The translations under genes and the position numbers were made by a program. The notes beneath the pieces were generated by a model. That model saw nothing but the letters and a program-made list of their open reading frames with translations. It was not told the DNA's origin and made no database searches. A DNA stretch of 64,000 nucleotides from Cenococcum geophilum (taxonomy: Eukaryota), in contig CP158635.1 of assembly GCA_050273025.1 (NCBI GenBank), positions 30,690,001-30,754,000 on the forward strand, written 5' to 3'. Of this stretch, positions 38,576 to 51,800 are shown one piece after another. The first letter of the stretch is position 1; each line of letters begins with the position of its first letter.

Positions 38576-41500
38576 TAAAGACCTACGGCAAGGAGCTAGC
38601 TAATTTGGCTAAGCTCTATACCGACGAATCTAAGTATAGTGGTGAAAACGATAACTTTAACTTTAAACTAACTATCTTTACGGACCTCTGTTAGAAGGCC
38701 GATATTCCTAAATAGGAGTTTAGCTAAGCCTACTCTACCATGCTGCGCGGCCTAGCACTTAACTACTACTACACTAACCTTAAGAGCAACCCCCTTGGTG
38801 TTCCCTTTGATAAGCTATGCAAAGCTACCCGTAACTACTTTAAAGGACTAGAATATAGGCGTAATATCCTTACCTAATAGAATGCGACTAAGCTACAGAC
38901 CGTAATTAATAAGAATACTAAAAAATCGACTATAGAGTGCCTGCAAATTCTTATTAAAGACCTTTGGCACCTATAGCACGGCCTTAACGCTAAGCTTTAA
39001 ATAGATGACTTTCTGTATAATAAACTTATTACGGCTTACTAGGAAGTAAAGCCCTACAAGTATACCTACTACAAGCCTATAGATACCTTAGCTGGCCTTA
39101 TTAATAACCTACGCTCCTCTATAATGTACGAAGTCTTAAACCCACCAGGTAGCACTTAAGCATTTGCCACGGATATTTAATATCCGCAAACAGACTCAGA
39201 CGTCTACTTTACGGACCGCCGCTACCGCTAGCAGCACCTATACCGACCAAGCCCTACCCGCAACCCCCGTAGCAACCCCCGTATAAAAACATACCCCCGT
39301 AGACAAACCAGCTAGAAGTGCTTCGTGTGCGGTAAGGAAGGATGTTGGTTTATAAGGTATACCTAGGAAGAACGTAATAAGTCTAGGAAGAGACTTGATA
39401 GCCATATTAGCCAGTTTATTTTAGAATACGAAGGAAAGGAAGTAAAAGAGCCCCCTGATAAGTTAATAGAAGCCCTTATAATTGACTTTAACTTAGACGC
39501 TTAGAAATAAGAGACCTTAAAAACATTCCTAACCACTTTCGGACCTTTTATGGACAGCTAAGCCTTTAATATCACGACCGTATTAGCCGACCGTTCCTTT
39601 ATACACTTAGTTGCGCCCAAAAACCATTTTATAAGTACCCCTGTTACGGACGTTATAGATTATAAGCAGGACTTATTTACATATATTACTATAGAACGCT
39701 ATACCCCTAAGGAATTCTACAGTGTTATAATCGACATAGGTGCCTTTAAGAAGTCTACCGCAGGCTACGGACAATACCTTATATATAGGACCACCACAAA
39801 TAATAATACGGACATTGATATTACGTAAACTGGGGCTATAACCGTCCGATTTGGTATTGGCTTAACTGCATTAATCGGATTAGTAGTAGTTAAGACTTTA
39901 ATTGGCCTAGTTAACTTCTATGTAGTAAAAGCGGACACCCCTTTCCTACTCTGCCTTGCGGATATAGATAGGTTATAGGTGTACTATAATAACGTTACGG
40001 ACACCCTAATTGGCCCTGCAACTACCCTAGGAAGTAAGCATATTACCCTACTAATTACACGACGATTTGGACACCCGTTCCTTATATAGGGAGAGACCTT
40101 ACGGACGTATATTTAGGAATCTTTTGACTATAACCCGTACTACCTCACTAGTACGGAAATCTACCGCCTATACCGCCGTTTCGGCTACCTATTAGCTGAA
40201 AAGCTATATAGAGTCCTTAAACGCTCTGGACATAACAACGTTAATAGGAAGGTAATTAACTACCTAACTAAATACTGCTCCTACTGCTAGAAATACGGAC
40301 GTTCTCTAGGCCGATTTAAGTTCACCCTTTGTAAGGATCTTAACTTTAACCACTTAGTATACGTAGACATTATGTATATTAACGGCAGCCTAGTACTATA
40401 TATAATTGATAAGGCAACCCGTTAGTTATAAAATATATCTATAAAGTATACCTGGGATATTTTACGGACCTACTGGATTGATATATATGTCGGACCCCCG
40501 CAGTATATTACCCACGACGCTAGTAGGAACTTCATTAGTAAGGAATTCCAGTAGTATGCTACGGCCATAGCTATATTAATAAAAGCCGTTCTAGTTGAGG
40601 CATATTAGTCTATTAGGCTTATTAAGCGAGCTTACCTAGCCTTATAGAGAGCTTACTAGATTATTACAGACGAATATAAAGACATCTAAAAGGAACTGGC
40701 TCTATAGATGGCCGTAAAAGCCGTTAATAATACTGCTAGCCCGGACGGACTAGTACCTATCCTCTTGGTCTACGGAGCCTACCTAAAGATAAGTAAACTG
40801 GATTCTCCTGCCCCGTCTATTACGGAACAAGCAGCCGTAATACAGAAGGTAATGGCCGAGATAGTTAAGCTACGGGCTAAACAAACTGTTAATAACGCCC
40901 TATACCACCGTAACGGACCTAATACAACCCTAGTACACGACCTCCCGCTTAACTCTAAAGTCTTTATATGGCGTAAAAGCGGTAATTGGAATGGACCTTA
41001 TTGCCTACTGGCCGTAGAAAACAAGACGTGCTGCGTATAACTCCCTAGCGGGCCAACTAGCTTTAGAAGCACGTCCGTAAAACCCTACTTTCGGCCCGAA
41101 GATAACCATGACGTTAAGCTAGATGAACTAGAAACACCCGTTAAACTAAATAAACCGGAAGCACCTGCCGAACTAGATAGACTAAAAGCACCCCTGCCTT
41201 TAGACGAACTAGAAGCACCTATGCCTACTATAGAAGTCCCCCGCAAACCTACTAAACCTACTAAACCTACCGTAAAACGTGGTTGGGGACGCCCCTAAAA
41301 GCACCCTATAACTAAGAACCCTATAATAGAGAATTATTTAACCTCTATAGGAATATCCGCAAGGCAATCTTTGCCTGCGGATATATTAGTTTTAGTATAG
41401 GAAACCCCGTTTACGGACTTATAATATAAAGAAATTAACGGACTACTTAAAAAGGGTGTCTTTGCGGTTATAATAGAAAGAGATATTTCGCAAGGCGCCC

Positions 41501-41660
41501 GTATATTTAACTTACGCTTTATTAACGAAATTAAGCACCCTAGTACTAGTAAAGCTTTTAAAAAATTAAGGCTTATTATATAAGCCTATAGCGACTAAAG
41601 AAAGGACTTGGTCCTTACGCAATCGCCTATAATTTAACGAGTTAGTTAACGGATTATACT

Positions 41661-44600
41661 TATATTCTGCCATATTCCGCTAAGTTCCACTAAATCCTGC
41701 CAAGTTCTGCTAGGACTATTACCTGAATCCTATTCTGCTCCGTGTACGTATTAACTAAGCAACTAAGCTAACGATATATACCCTTTCTTCTTGTTTCCCT
41801 GCCTTCTCTCCTTACGCAACGTCTTAACCTTATTATACAGTTTATGTATATAGCTTAATAGTATCTACTTTGCTATATATTATTACCGCTTATACTTACT
41901 CTGTAATACTACGTTACGTTAACCACCTATACTATTGTTAAAATGCAGACTAAACCCGAAGCCCCTATAATAACCGCTAGTATTATATCCGCACTCTAAG
42001 AATAATTGGCAGAAATATAGAAGTCTTTTATAGACGCCCTTGTATAGAACTAAGCCATTTTAAATTAATGATAAGCTAAATAAGAAGCATGATACTAATA
42101 ATTAATTAAGGACCTCTAAGAAGAAGTCCGCACCCTTAAGATGCCTACGCTAGGACCTTAAAACCAAACGCTGTCTCTAGAAATAAATACGCGGAACGCG
42201 AGCCCTAAACCTATAGTAGTTACTCACCCTAAACTAACTACTGTACCGTAACGATCTAAACGACTACTAGACCCTCCGATATTTACTAGCAAATAATAAA
42301 AACTCCGATTATTTCTAAGCTAGCTTAAAAATAAGTTAACTGGTAATACTAACCGCTACCTAATTAAAGCTAACCGACTCTGCTACGCCCTAAGTTAACT
42401 AGGAGGAGACGTAGCTGACTTTATTAAACCCTTTTAACCGAACTCAGTACTAAGTCTAGTTGTACTTCTTAAAGCTATATACGGTGACTTGAACCGCTAA
42501 GCTACTACTTAGAGAAAGATAAACTATATAACTTAAGGAACAAAAAGCTTTCCAGTATACTTCTCTGAATTTAACCGTTATATAAAGGAAATAGGCTGGA
42601 ATAACTCTGTACTAATTAATAGCCTTATTAAATCCTTAAGCTCTAAACTAAAAACCTCCCTAATAGGCGTAGACCTACTAGGAGCCCTTGATGCCTATAT
42701 AAATGTTATTAATAAACGGTATAATGATATACTACGCCTAACACTGAAGCCTGCCCCCCGATATAATATGATAACCCTATAAACGTCCACTAAGTCATTA
42801 TCTCAGCCTAAGCACCCTAACGCCATGGATATTAATATTAAAATCCTAGATTACGCCCCACTAGGGTCCTTTAAATGAGAATAACGCCTTAAGCTAGGCC
42901 TCTGCTTTAAATGCGGAAGGAAGGATTATATCTTAAAATACTGCCTTGTCCCCCTACCTACGTACCAAAACGATCTATAAACGGCCAATACTAACAGCCG
43001 TTTACCGCATTGATCTTCCGGTTACCGTCCCCAATCTTTATCTAGTTCTAGCCCCACGTCTAGTAAGTACTATTTATGAGGACGAAGCTCCAACTGACGT
43101 TTTATAAGAACCCTGCCCTAATTACCTCTAAAAGAAAGGTCCTGGAGCTAAGTTACTTTCTAGGACGGCTTTGCCTTAGGATCTCGTTAAACGTATTTAA
43201 TATTATAAACTCTAACTCTTAGGACCGTAGCATAACTATTAACTGCCGTCTTTGGCAGAATAGTTAATAGGCTAATACTTAAATCCTAATTAATACAGGA
43301 GCTAGCGGCATAGGATTTATTAATAAGATCTTTGCGTAAGCTAATAGTTTCACCCTAACCCCCCTTAACTGGCATATTAATGTATTTGGATTTAACGGCA
43401 AACGCACTATCTTAGGCCGTATTACCTATGTAGTAGCCCTAAGACTTTAATACCTAAACCATAAAGAACTGATTAAGCTTTTTGTTACCACCTTAGGTTA
43501 CCTAGTAATCCTTAGACAACCTTGGATAAAGCTATATAAGGTAACTATCAACTAGGATAACCTTAAGCTTCTATTTACTGCCTCCTATTGTAAGTAGAAG
43601 TGCCTTATAACTTGCTGCCCTAACCCTAAACTAAAACCTAGGAAATCCACTAAGATTTATCAGCCTAAGATTTCTACTAATGTCTACCCCGCGCCTAAGG
43701 AATCCACTAGATTTTACTAACCTAAGAATTCTACCGAATTTTACTAATATAAGATTTCCACCGATATCTACTAAAGATCTAGAAATCCTACCAAACCCTA
43801 TGAACTAACCCTAACTACTACACTACCCTAAACTAAGTAAAAGCTTAAGCTTAGTATACGGGAGTACTAGAAGAACTGGTACCCTATAATAAAAAAAATA
43901 CTTAAAAAACCCGAACCTAAATCTAATACTAACTCTATACCTAATACTAAACCTAAACCTAAATAAGAAACTATATAAGAGACTATAAATAATCTAAGAG
44001 AGCTTAACACCCTAGATATCCGTATAATTAGAGCTACTCCGCTAGCTTAGCTTACTAAAAAGCCTAAATATACAATTTTCGCTATTACGATGGCTAATAT
44101 TAAGAAAGCCTTAGCACTAAAGAAGTATACTAACCCTATTACGAAGGTACTAGTAGAGTACCATTACCGCTTAAACGCATTCTCACGAAAGGAAGCTAAT
44201 AAGCTACTAGAATACCGACTATATAACTATAAGATTGTACTTAAAGAAGGAAAGCAGCCCGGATTTAGACCCCTATATAGAATGTCCTAAAATAAACTCT
44301 AAGTGCTATAAAAGTATCTAGACGAGAACCTAAGTAAAGGATTTATTAGAGTAAGCTCTTTACCTATAGCCGTACTAGTAATCTTCATTAAGAAACCTGG
44401 CGGTGGTTTGTGCTTTTGCGTAGATTACTAAGCCCTTAACGCCGTTACTATTAAGAACTAATATTTAATCCCGTTAATATAAGAGACGCTAAACTAACTA
44501 AGTAAGGCTCGCTACTATACGAAGCTTAATATTATCTCTGTATTTAACCGCCTCCGTATAGCAAAGGGAGATAAATAGCTTACTGTATTTCGTACTTAGT

Positions 44601-47511
44601 ATAGATTATTCGAATACTTAATAACGCTATTCGGCCTTGTAAATGCTCTAAGCTCGTTTTAATATTATATAAACAATACCCTGCGCCCCTACCTAGATAT
44701 CTTCTATACTGCTTATATTAACGATATCTTAATATATAGTAATAACCTGACTAAATATTAGAAATATGTTAACCTTGTCCTATAAGCCCTACACGGAGCT
44801 AGTCTATAATTAGATGTAAATAAATGCGAGTTTTATAAGATGGAAGTCCTATACCTTAGGCTTCTTATTTTTATAGACGGCATATAAATGGACCCGAAGA
44901 AAATTGAAGTAATTATAAACTGGTAAGAACCCGAGAATGTTAAGGATGTAAGAGCCTTTATAGGATTTGCTAATTTCTACCGATGGTTTATTAACAACTT
45001 CTCCGCCCTAGTTTTACCCCTTATAGCTCTAACCTAAAAGGATAAAGCCTTTATCTTTGACAAGGAATGTAAGAAGGCCTTTACTTATCTAAAGGTTATA
45101 TTTACTACCGCGCCTATACTTTAATACTTTAACCTAAACCAAATAAGTGTTATAGAAGCTAACTTATCCGACTACGTTACTAAAGGTATCCTGTCTTAAT
45201 ATAATAAAGAGGGAGTATTATACCCTATAGCATATTACTTAAAACGACTAAGCCTAGCTAAATATAACTATAAGATCTATGACAAGGAACTGCTAGCTAT
45301 TATTAGATGCTTTAAGTAATAGTAACCCGAACTAGAAGGCGCTAGATTCCTAATTAAGGTCCTTAGTAATTATAAGAACCTATAGTACTTTACAACCACA
45401 AAATAGCTAAGCCACTGTTAGGCCCGCTAGTTAAAATACCTATCTTATTTCTAATTCTTAATTATGTACTGCCTAGGCGTTTAAGGCTAGAAGCCTAATG
45501 CCCTAACCCGATGCTCGCAAGACGCGCTAGTACTGGAAGAGGCACGTTCTTACTAAAATTAGACCCTACTTCGCCCCAAACTGTTTAACCCTCCTACTAA
45601 AGATCTTATAGTATAAGTCCTTAAAATAACTAATTAATTAATTAAATAGATTATAACCGATAAATACCCAAATAACGAGTTTATCTAAGAGACGCTTAAG
45701 CTAATTTAAGATGGCGTTAGATACTCTAAGAAGATCTCTTTAAGTAAATATAAAGCTCGCGGAAACCGCTTATATTACCAGAACCGTCTAGTTATCCCTA
45801 ATCACGATAAACTTAAGCTTAAGCTCCTCGAACACGTATACAACCTACCGGTAGCCGGCTACCCAGGCCGAGGAAAAACCCTAGAGCTACTCTAACGGGA
45901 GTATTACTAGCTAAACATGCATAACACGACACGAAGGTATATCTTTAGCTATTACGTCTGCTAATGAGCCAAAGCTTTGCATAAGACATATAACGGCTTT
46001 CTAAAGCCACTGCCTATTCCGGACCGAAGATAAAAGAATGTCTTAATTGACTTTATTGTTAACCTCCCTGTAAGTAAGGGCTGCACGAATATTATGGTAG
46101 TTATAGACCGACTATCTAAGATAAGACACTTGATCGCCTGCCCCAATATGTTAATACCTGCCGTTGCCCAACTGTTCCTAGACCACGTATGGAAACTCTA
46201 TAGACTCCCCGAAACGATTATCTCCAATAGAGGCAGCTAGTTTATCTCTACATTTTGGAAAGAACTAACTACCTGACTTTATATTAAAGCACTATTATCT
46301 ACGGTATACTACCTAGAAACGGACGGTTAAACGGAACATGTAAACGCTATAATAGAATAGTATATTCGGATATACACGTCGTACTTATAAGATGACTGGA
46401 TTGACTAGCTTGCATTTGCTGAGTTTACCGCGAATAATTCCGTTTTAGAAACTATAAAGGTCTCCCCGTTCCTGGCTAACTACGGCTAGTATTTACAAAT
46501 GGGTTTCGAACCCTTTAGTAATGTTCCTTACCCTGCTTATTACGCCTTATAAGTTGCGGAAGTAAATGAATTTATAGAGAAGATGGAGGAACTATAACAG
46601 TTCCTTGCTGATGAAATAATATGGGCTTAATCTGTCTATAAAGCTGCAGCGAATAAGAAACGAACCCTAGCACTAGCCTACTAAATTGGTAACTTTATTT
46701 AGCTAGATATAAGAAATTTAAACACGAAATGACCCGCTAAAAAGCTTAATTGGAAGAACACTAGCCCTTATAAGGTTGAGAAGGTTGTCTCCTCCTACGC
46801 CTACTGACTAAAGCTCCCTAATACGGTTAAAATCCACCCCATATTCTACACGTTAGTCCTCCGCCCCGCTACTCCTATATTAGACACCCTACCCGGACAG
46901 ATATAAGACCCTCCCCTACTAGTTGAAGTGGATGGTGAGAACGAGTACTTTGTTAAAAGAATTAATGACATTAAGTATAATAAACGGAAACGTTAATATA
47001 TGTATCTTACAAAATGGAGAGGCTTTACTAAGCCCTTATGGGAACCTGTTAACTCTATAGGACTTATATAAGCCGCAGAAGACTTTTACGAACTTTATCT
47101 AGAACTACTATAGCCCTATCTCGCAGAAGCTTGAGTTTAAAGGGGGGGGTACTGTTACGGGACACCCCCGTGACACCTTATATACGTCCACCTATTTCCA
47201 CCAACTTAGCAACTAGAGACTAACTATAAGACGGCAATTTGCGGCAATCTAACGGCAATCTGCTATATTCTGCTATATTCCGCTAAGTTCCACCAAATCC
47301 TGCCAAGTTCTGCTAGGACCACCACCTGAATCCTATTTTGCTCTGTGTACGTGTTGACTAAGCAACCAAGCTAACGATATATATCCTTTCTTCCCGTTTC
47401 CCTGCCTTCTCTCCTTACGCAACGTCTTGACCTTATCACACAGTTCATGTATATAGCTTAATAGTATCTACTTTGCTACATATTATCACCGCTTATACTC
47501 ACTCCGTGACA
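41661..47511 (+). mobile_element. Gypsy chromovirus family E with 5'-truncated 5' LTR
   Basis: 3' LTR at 47153-47511 (359 bp, TG...CA) after PPT AAAGGGGGGGG. The 5' LTR at 41661-41908 lacks ~110 bp. Gag ATG at 41943, knuckle LCFKCGRKDY, protease LINTGASG, RT AYINDILIY ~44710, integrase, and chromodomain VEVDGENEYFV..KWRG..WEP. Confidence 0.95.
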
Positions 47512-48805
47512 GTATGGTGCATTTACGGCCCGTTAAAAGGCCGTACAGTTCATTTTATGGACCGTAAGTAGGACTTACGGCTAGCTTGGAGCACTATTTG
47601 GAAGGCAACCCAAAAGGCACCTTAGGAGGGATTTCCTATGTATTTTCTTATGTGTTTTATGGTTCTATTAAGACAATTACGGAGGCTATACACAAGTGGT
47701 TTTATTTTCCAAGTACCGCCAGTATATAATTATAGCACCTATCGTACTAACTGCGTGCTTACGCGTTCGGTACGCCGAGTGCGCGTTTACGCGTTTGGTG
47801 TACTAACCACCCGCTTACGTGTCTGGTGCACTTCTAAAGCACTAACTAATTAGGGGGGAGGCGCATTAGTATATAGACTACGTAGTTTGCTTTATATAAT
47901 CGACAGTCACCATCTAAACGAGCATATAATACTATGCGTATTTTATGCCCCTAGATACGACTTACTCGTGCTATTAAGTTAGTATGAATAAAGATATTTA
48001 AGTGTTTCTAGGCTTTACTAATTTCTATAAGCGCTTTATTTATAACTACTTAGACGTTGCTTAATACCTATTTAACTATATTATAAAAGCTTTTTAAGAC
48101 CTAACCTAAGGAGTAAAAAGCTTAAAGACGGTAAGGAAGAAAACTAAGAAGGGACTAACTAAATAGTATAAACTATAGTTATAGCCCAGAAAGGTCTAGG
48201 AGGCCTTTTAAGAACTCTGCAAAAAGTTTACAAAAGCTTTATTACTGCGGCATTTTAACCTAGATTAGCTATTAATAATAATTACTAATATATTAAATTT
48301 TGCCCTTATTAGTATTCTACTATAACCTAATAGGTATCTAGACGCTACCTAGCTCTACTAAAGACTAGTAGCATTTTATAGTAGAAAATTCTAGGGGCCT
48401 AAAGTTAAGTATTATACCCACGATAAGGAACTACTAGCTATAGTTAACTGCTTTAAATAGTAGCGATATTACCTTAAGTACGTAAGCTATACCACTTATA
48501 TACTTTTAGATTATTATAATCTACGCTACTTTATAACTATAAAGGAGCTTATACCTTAATAAGCCAGATAAGTAAAGAAGCTTACGCGATTTAATTTTGA
48601 GATTAAATATAAGCTAGGGGAAAATAACCCTACTAATAGACCGTTATAACGGCCAAACTATACTAAAGGCTTTAAAACGGGAGAAGGAAAATAAATAATA
48701 GATATTTTGCTCCCTATATTATAGAATAAGCTCTAGGTATAAAATACTTAAATACTTATAGCTTTACGTATTAAATCTTAGGTAGTATAAACCCTATTAA
48801 CTTCT

Positions 48806-51800
48806 TATAACGGAACCTTATAGTAGGTACTACGGTAGGCTTATTAATAGGCTAGGTGTATAGGTAAAGCAAGTTAAAGTTAACAATATAATAACAACTA
48901 GTAGAGTAGTTGCCTAACAGATTAACTCTAATTATATTCTAAGAATTATTATAAGGAAGGAACTATTTAGGTAGGGACTATAGTCCTTTAAATATACAAC
49001 CGTACTCCTATAAAATCCTTCTTATATATAATATACGTGTGCTCTATTTACTTTGTTACGGATTATATAGATTCCACAAATTATATAGATCGCCTTATAT
49101 AACCTTAGTTACTATTTCTCGTTATATAGTTTTACTGGTTCCATTCTAGACTATGCCTAAATTAACTAACTAGCTTCTTTTAATCCTTCTCCTAGTAGTT
49201 ATAACATTATACTTAAAGCGTCTATAATACCATCTCCCTCCTCTTTATCTTTGTCCTTAAAGATCCTAAATATCTCTAAGTCGTTTACTAGAGGTATAAT
49301 ATCTATTTAATTAATTTGGTTAATATTATTGCTTATTATACCTAAAGCAATTTCTTTATCCTTAACTACTCGTCGTAGTTACACTATCGCTATAATACTA
49401 TCTCTTAGTAAGATTATACCGTCTCCATATTCTTACTGTGTAAAAGAGGGGTTAGTTTATATTACGTTAGCGAACCTATCTTTACAACAACTATCCTCTT
49501 ATTTAGAGTATACTAGAGCGAATATTTATTTATTCTGTAACGTTTACTCTATTTTTAATACCAAATATATATAACCTATTACTCTTAGTAGTCGTCTAGT
49601 TCCCTAATTAATTTATCTTAGGGTTTTGTGTTTAATTTGCTGCTATATAACTAGATAATAAACTGTTTATTACTTTAGTAGAGTTGCGCTGTTTCTAAGA
49701 TACTAAACAGGAGGCTGCTAATGCTCAGCAACGGGCCCTTAAGTCTCATCTTACGGCGTCCGCTTAGTTAATCCGTCTTAAAAAGGTTTATAAGAAGGTC
49801 TGTTTTAAGAAGTAGAAACTTATAGAATAGGGTTTATAGGAACTTAGTAATAAGAGAACAAACTCTCTTCCGTTTAAAAAGGAAATAGATCTAAGTAGTT
49901 TAGTAACTGCTCTTTTTAGGTCCCTCTTAGGTAACTTATTTTTTTATAATCCTTTTTTGTTAATACTGCCTAACCTAATCTCTTCTAATACTCCTATACC
50001 TTTCCTATAGCGTTTTTTAAATTCTCTAGTAGTTCCTAGGTAGTTTTAGTATAGCCTATCCACTTAACCTTATACTATATTTTATCGTTAATGTCCTTAT
50101 AACTTACGATCTTTAAAACTTACTATTTATCCTCTTTTTACTCTCTATATATATCTACCTTATAAACTAATAGCTTAATATTCCTATATACTAGCTCTAG
50201 CATTATAATATACTATATAGGGTAGATCTTTATTCTAGCTAGTAGGTTTAACTTAAATATAACCTATAAAATCCTCTATATAATTTTAAAAGGTCTTAGT
50301 CTAACGTAATCCAACTTCTTACTTAATTATTAACACTTAAAATTTTTATATAGTAGCCACACTTTATCTCCCTCCTTAAGATCTAGTCCCTTAGATCTCT
50401 TAGCATTATAGTACCTTTTTATTCTCTTTTATACTTTCTTTACTAATTCTATAAGGTCTATATAAAGATTTATTAAAATCTTTAATTTTTTTTTAGCCGT
50501 GCTACTTATCTTCTTTATTTATTATAGTAACAACGATATTCTTAGCTTATATCTATAATTTGCCTTAAATAGTAATATGCCTATTCCTTCTTAAGGTGTT
50601 ACGTTATATACAAATTATATAACTAGTAATAATTAATATAATGTCTTAAATACTGCTCTAGTGTCTAATTTAATCTCTCTATTTAACCGTCTGTCTATAG
50701 ATAATATACGGTAGAAGTTACTACTCTAACTCCTTATTCCGCTAAAAATACCTCCTAAAATGCTACTATAAATCTTAGATCTCTATTTAATATAATTTTA
50801 CTTAATACTTTGTGTTTTATAAATACTTCTTTAATATAGATTCTAGTAATATCTTCTACTAATATTTCTTCTATATATACTATAAAGTATCCCCACTTTA
50901 TAAGCTTATCTACTATTACTAAGATTATATTATAATCTTATCTAGTAATAAGGTCTCTTAATTTTAGTAACTTAATAATAAAGTCCTATAATATAACTTC
51001 CTATAGTCTTTCTGGTACTTTAATAGGTTATAGCCCTCTATATAGCTTATGCCTTATTAGTTTATTTCTTTAGCAATCTAGATATTCCTTTATAACTTTT
51101 TATACTAAGCCCTAAATTCTATTAATAATATACTCCTCTTAGAGTCTTAACACTAAGCCTATAGCACTATTATATTCTTAAGTCATTCCCTTATAGAAAT
51201 CTTTTATAAATTACTCTGCTATGCTTTTTAGGATATACTTAGCTTCTTAGTTTTTATATATATCCGTCTATAGATCTTCTAGTTATACTTTTAGAATTCT
51301 TTATACCTAAAAGCTTCCTAGTGTTTTATAGATTCTTTCTAGTTCCTTATTCTCTTAAGTTGCTATAATTTTTAGATAATTATACCTAATTAGTCTATCT
51401 ATGTCTTTTTATAGTAAAGCCCCTAATGGCTTCTTATTATTTTATTGTTTAGCTTTCTAACTTAGAGTATCTACTTATATATTATCTATACCCTTAGTAT
51501 ACTAAATCTTAAAATAGTATTCTATAAGCATTTCTGCCTATTTAACCTATCTTTAATTAAGCTCCTTTATTATTAGGAATCCTATTAGGTTCTTATAATC
51601 TATCTTAACTATAAATAGTTTTTTTTTATACTTTATAAGAATGCTTTCTATTTTTTTAGTGCTATAATTATACCTAATAACTCCTTATTGTAAATGTCAT
51701 AGTTTAACTCTAGTAGTATTATCTTTTAACTATAGTATGCTACTAGGTGCTATCTATCTTAATGCCTCTATATAAAGTATACCCCTAGTATATAGTCTAA

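Larger units (their letters stand above)
32023..41660 (+). pseudogene. Copia gag-pol polyprotein remnant (split by D at 32112-37984)
   Basis: The frame continues across the D TSD. CFVCGKEGCW knuckle at 39319-39360. The supplied ORF 40708-41040 is integrase. Confidence 0.85.
31315..47990 (+). mobile_element. Ty1/Copia element C (GalEa-like), interrupted by D and E and lacking most of RT and RNaseH
   Basis: 268-bp LTRs at 31315-31582 and 47723-47990. TSD AAGAT at 31310-31314 and 47991-47995. Domain order is gag, protease (VIIDIGAFKKSTAGYGQY ~39725), integrase (MAVKAVNNTASPDGLVP 40708) and RT start (KEINGLLKKGVF, LTQSPII). Confidence 0.94.

Noticed and set aside
47638..47853. 71-aa ORF
   Set aside because: It runs across the Copia 3' UTR into the LTR, with no motif.
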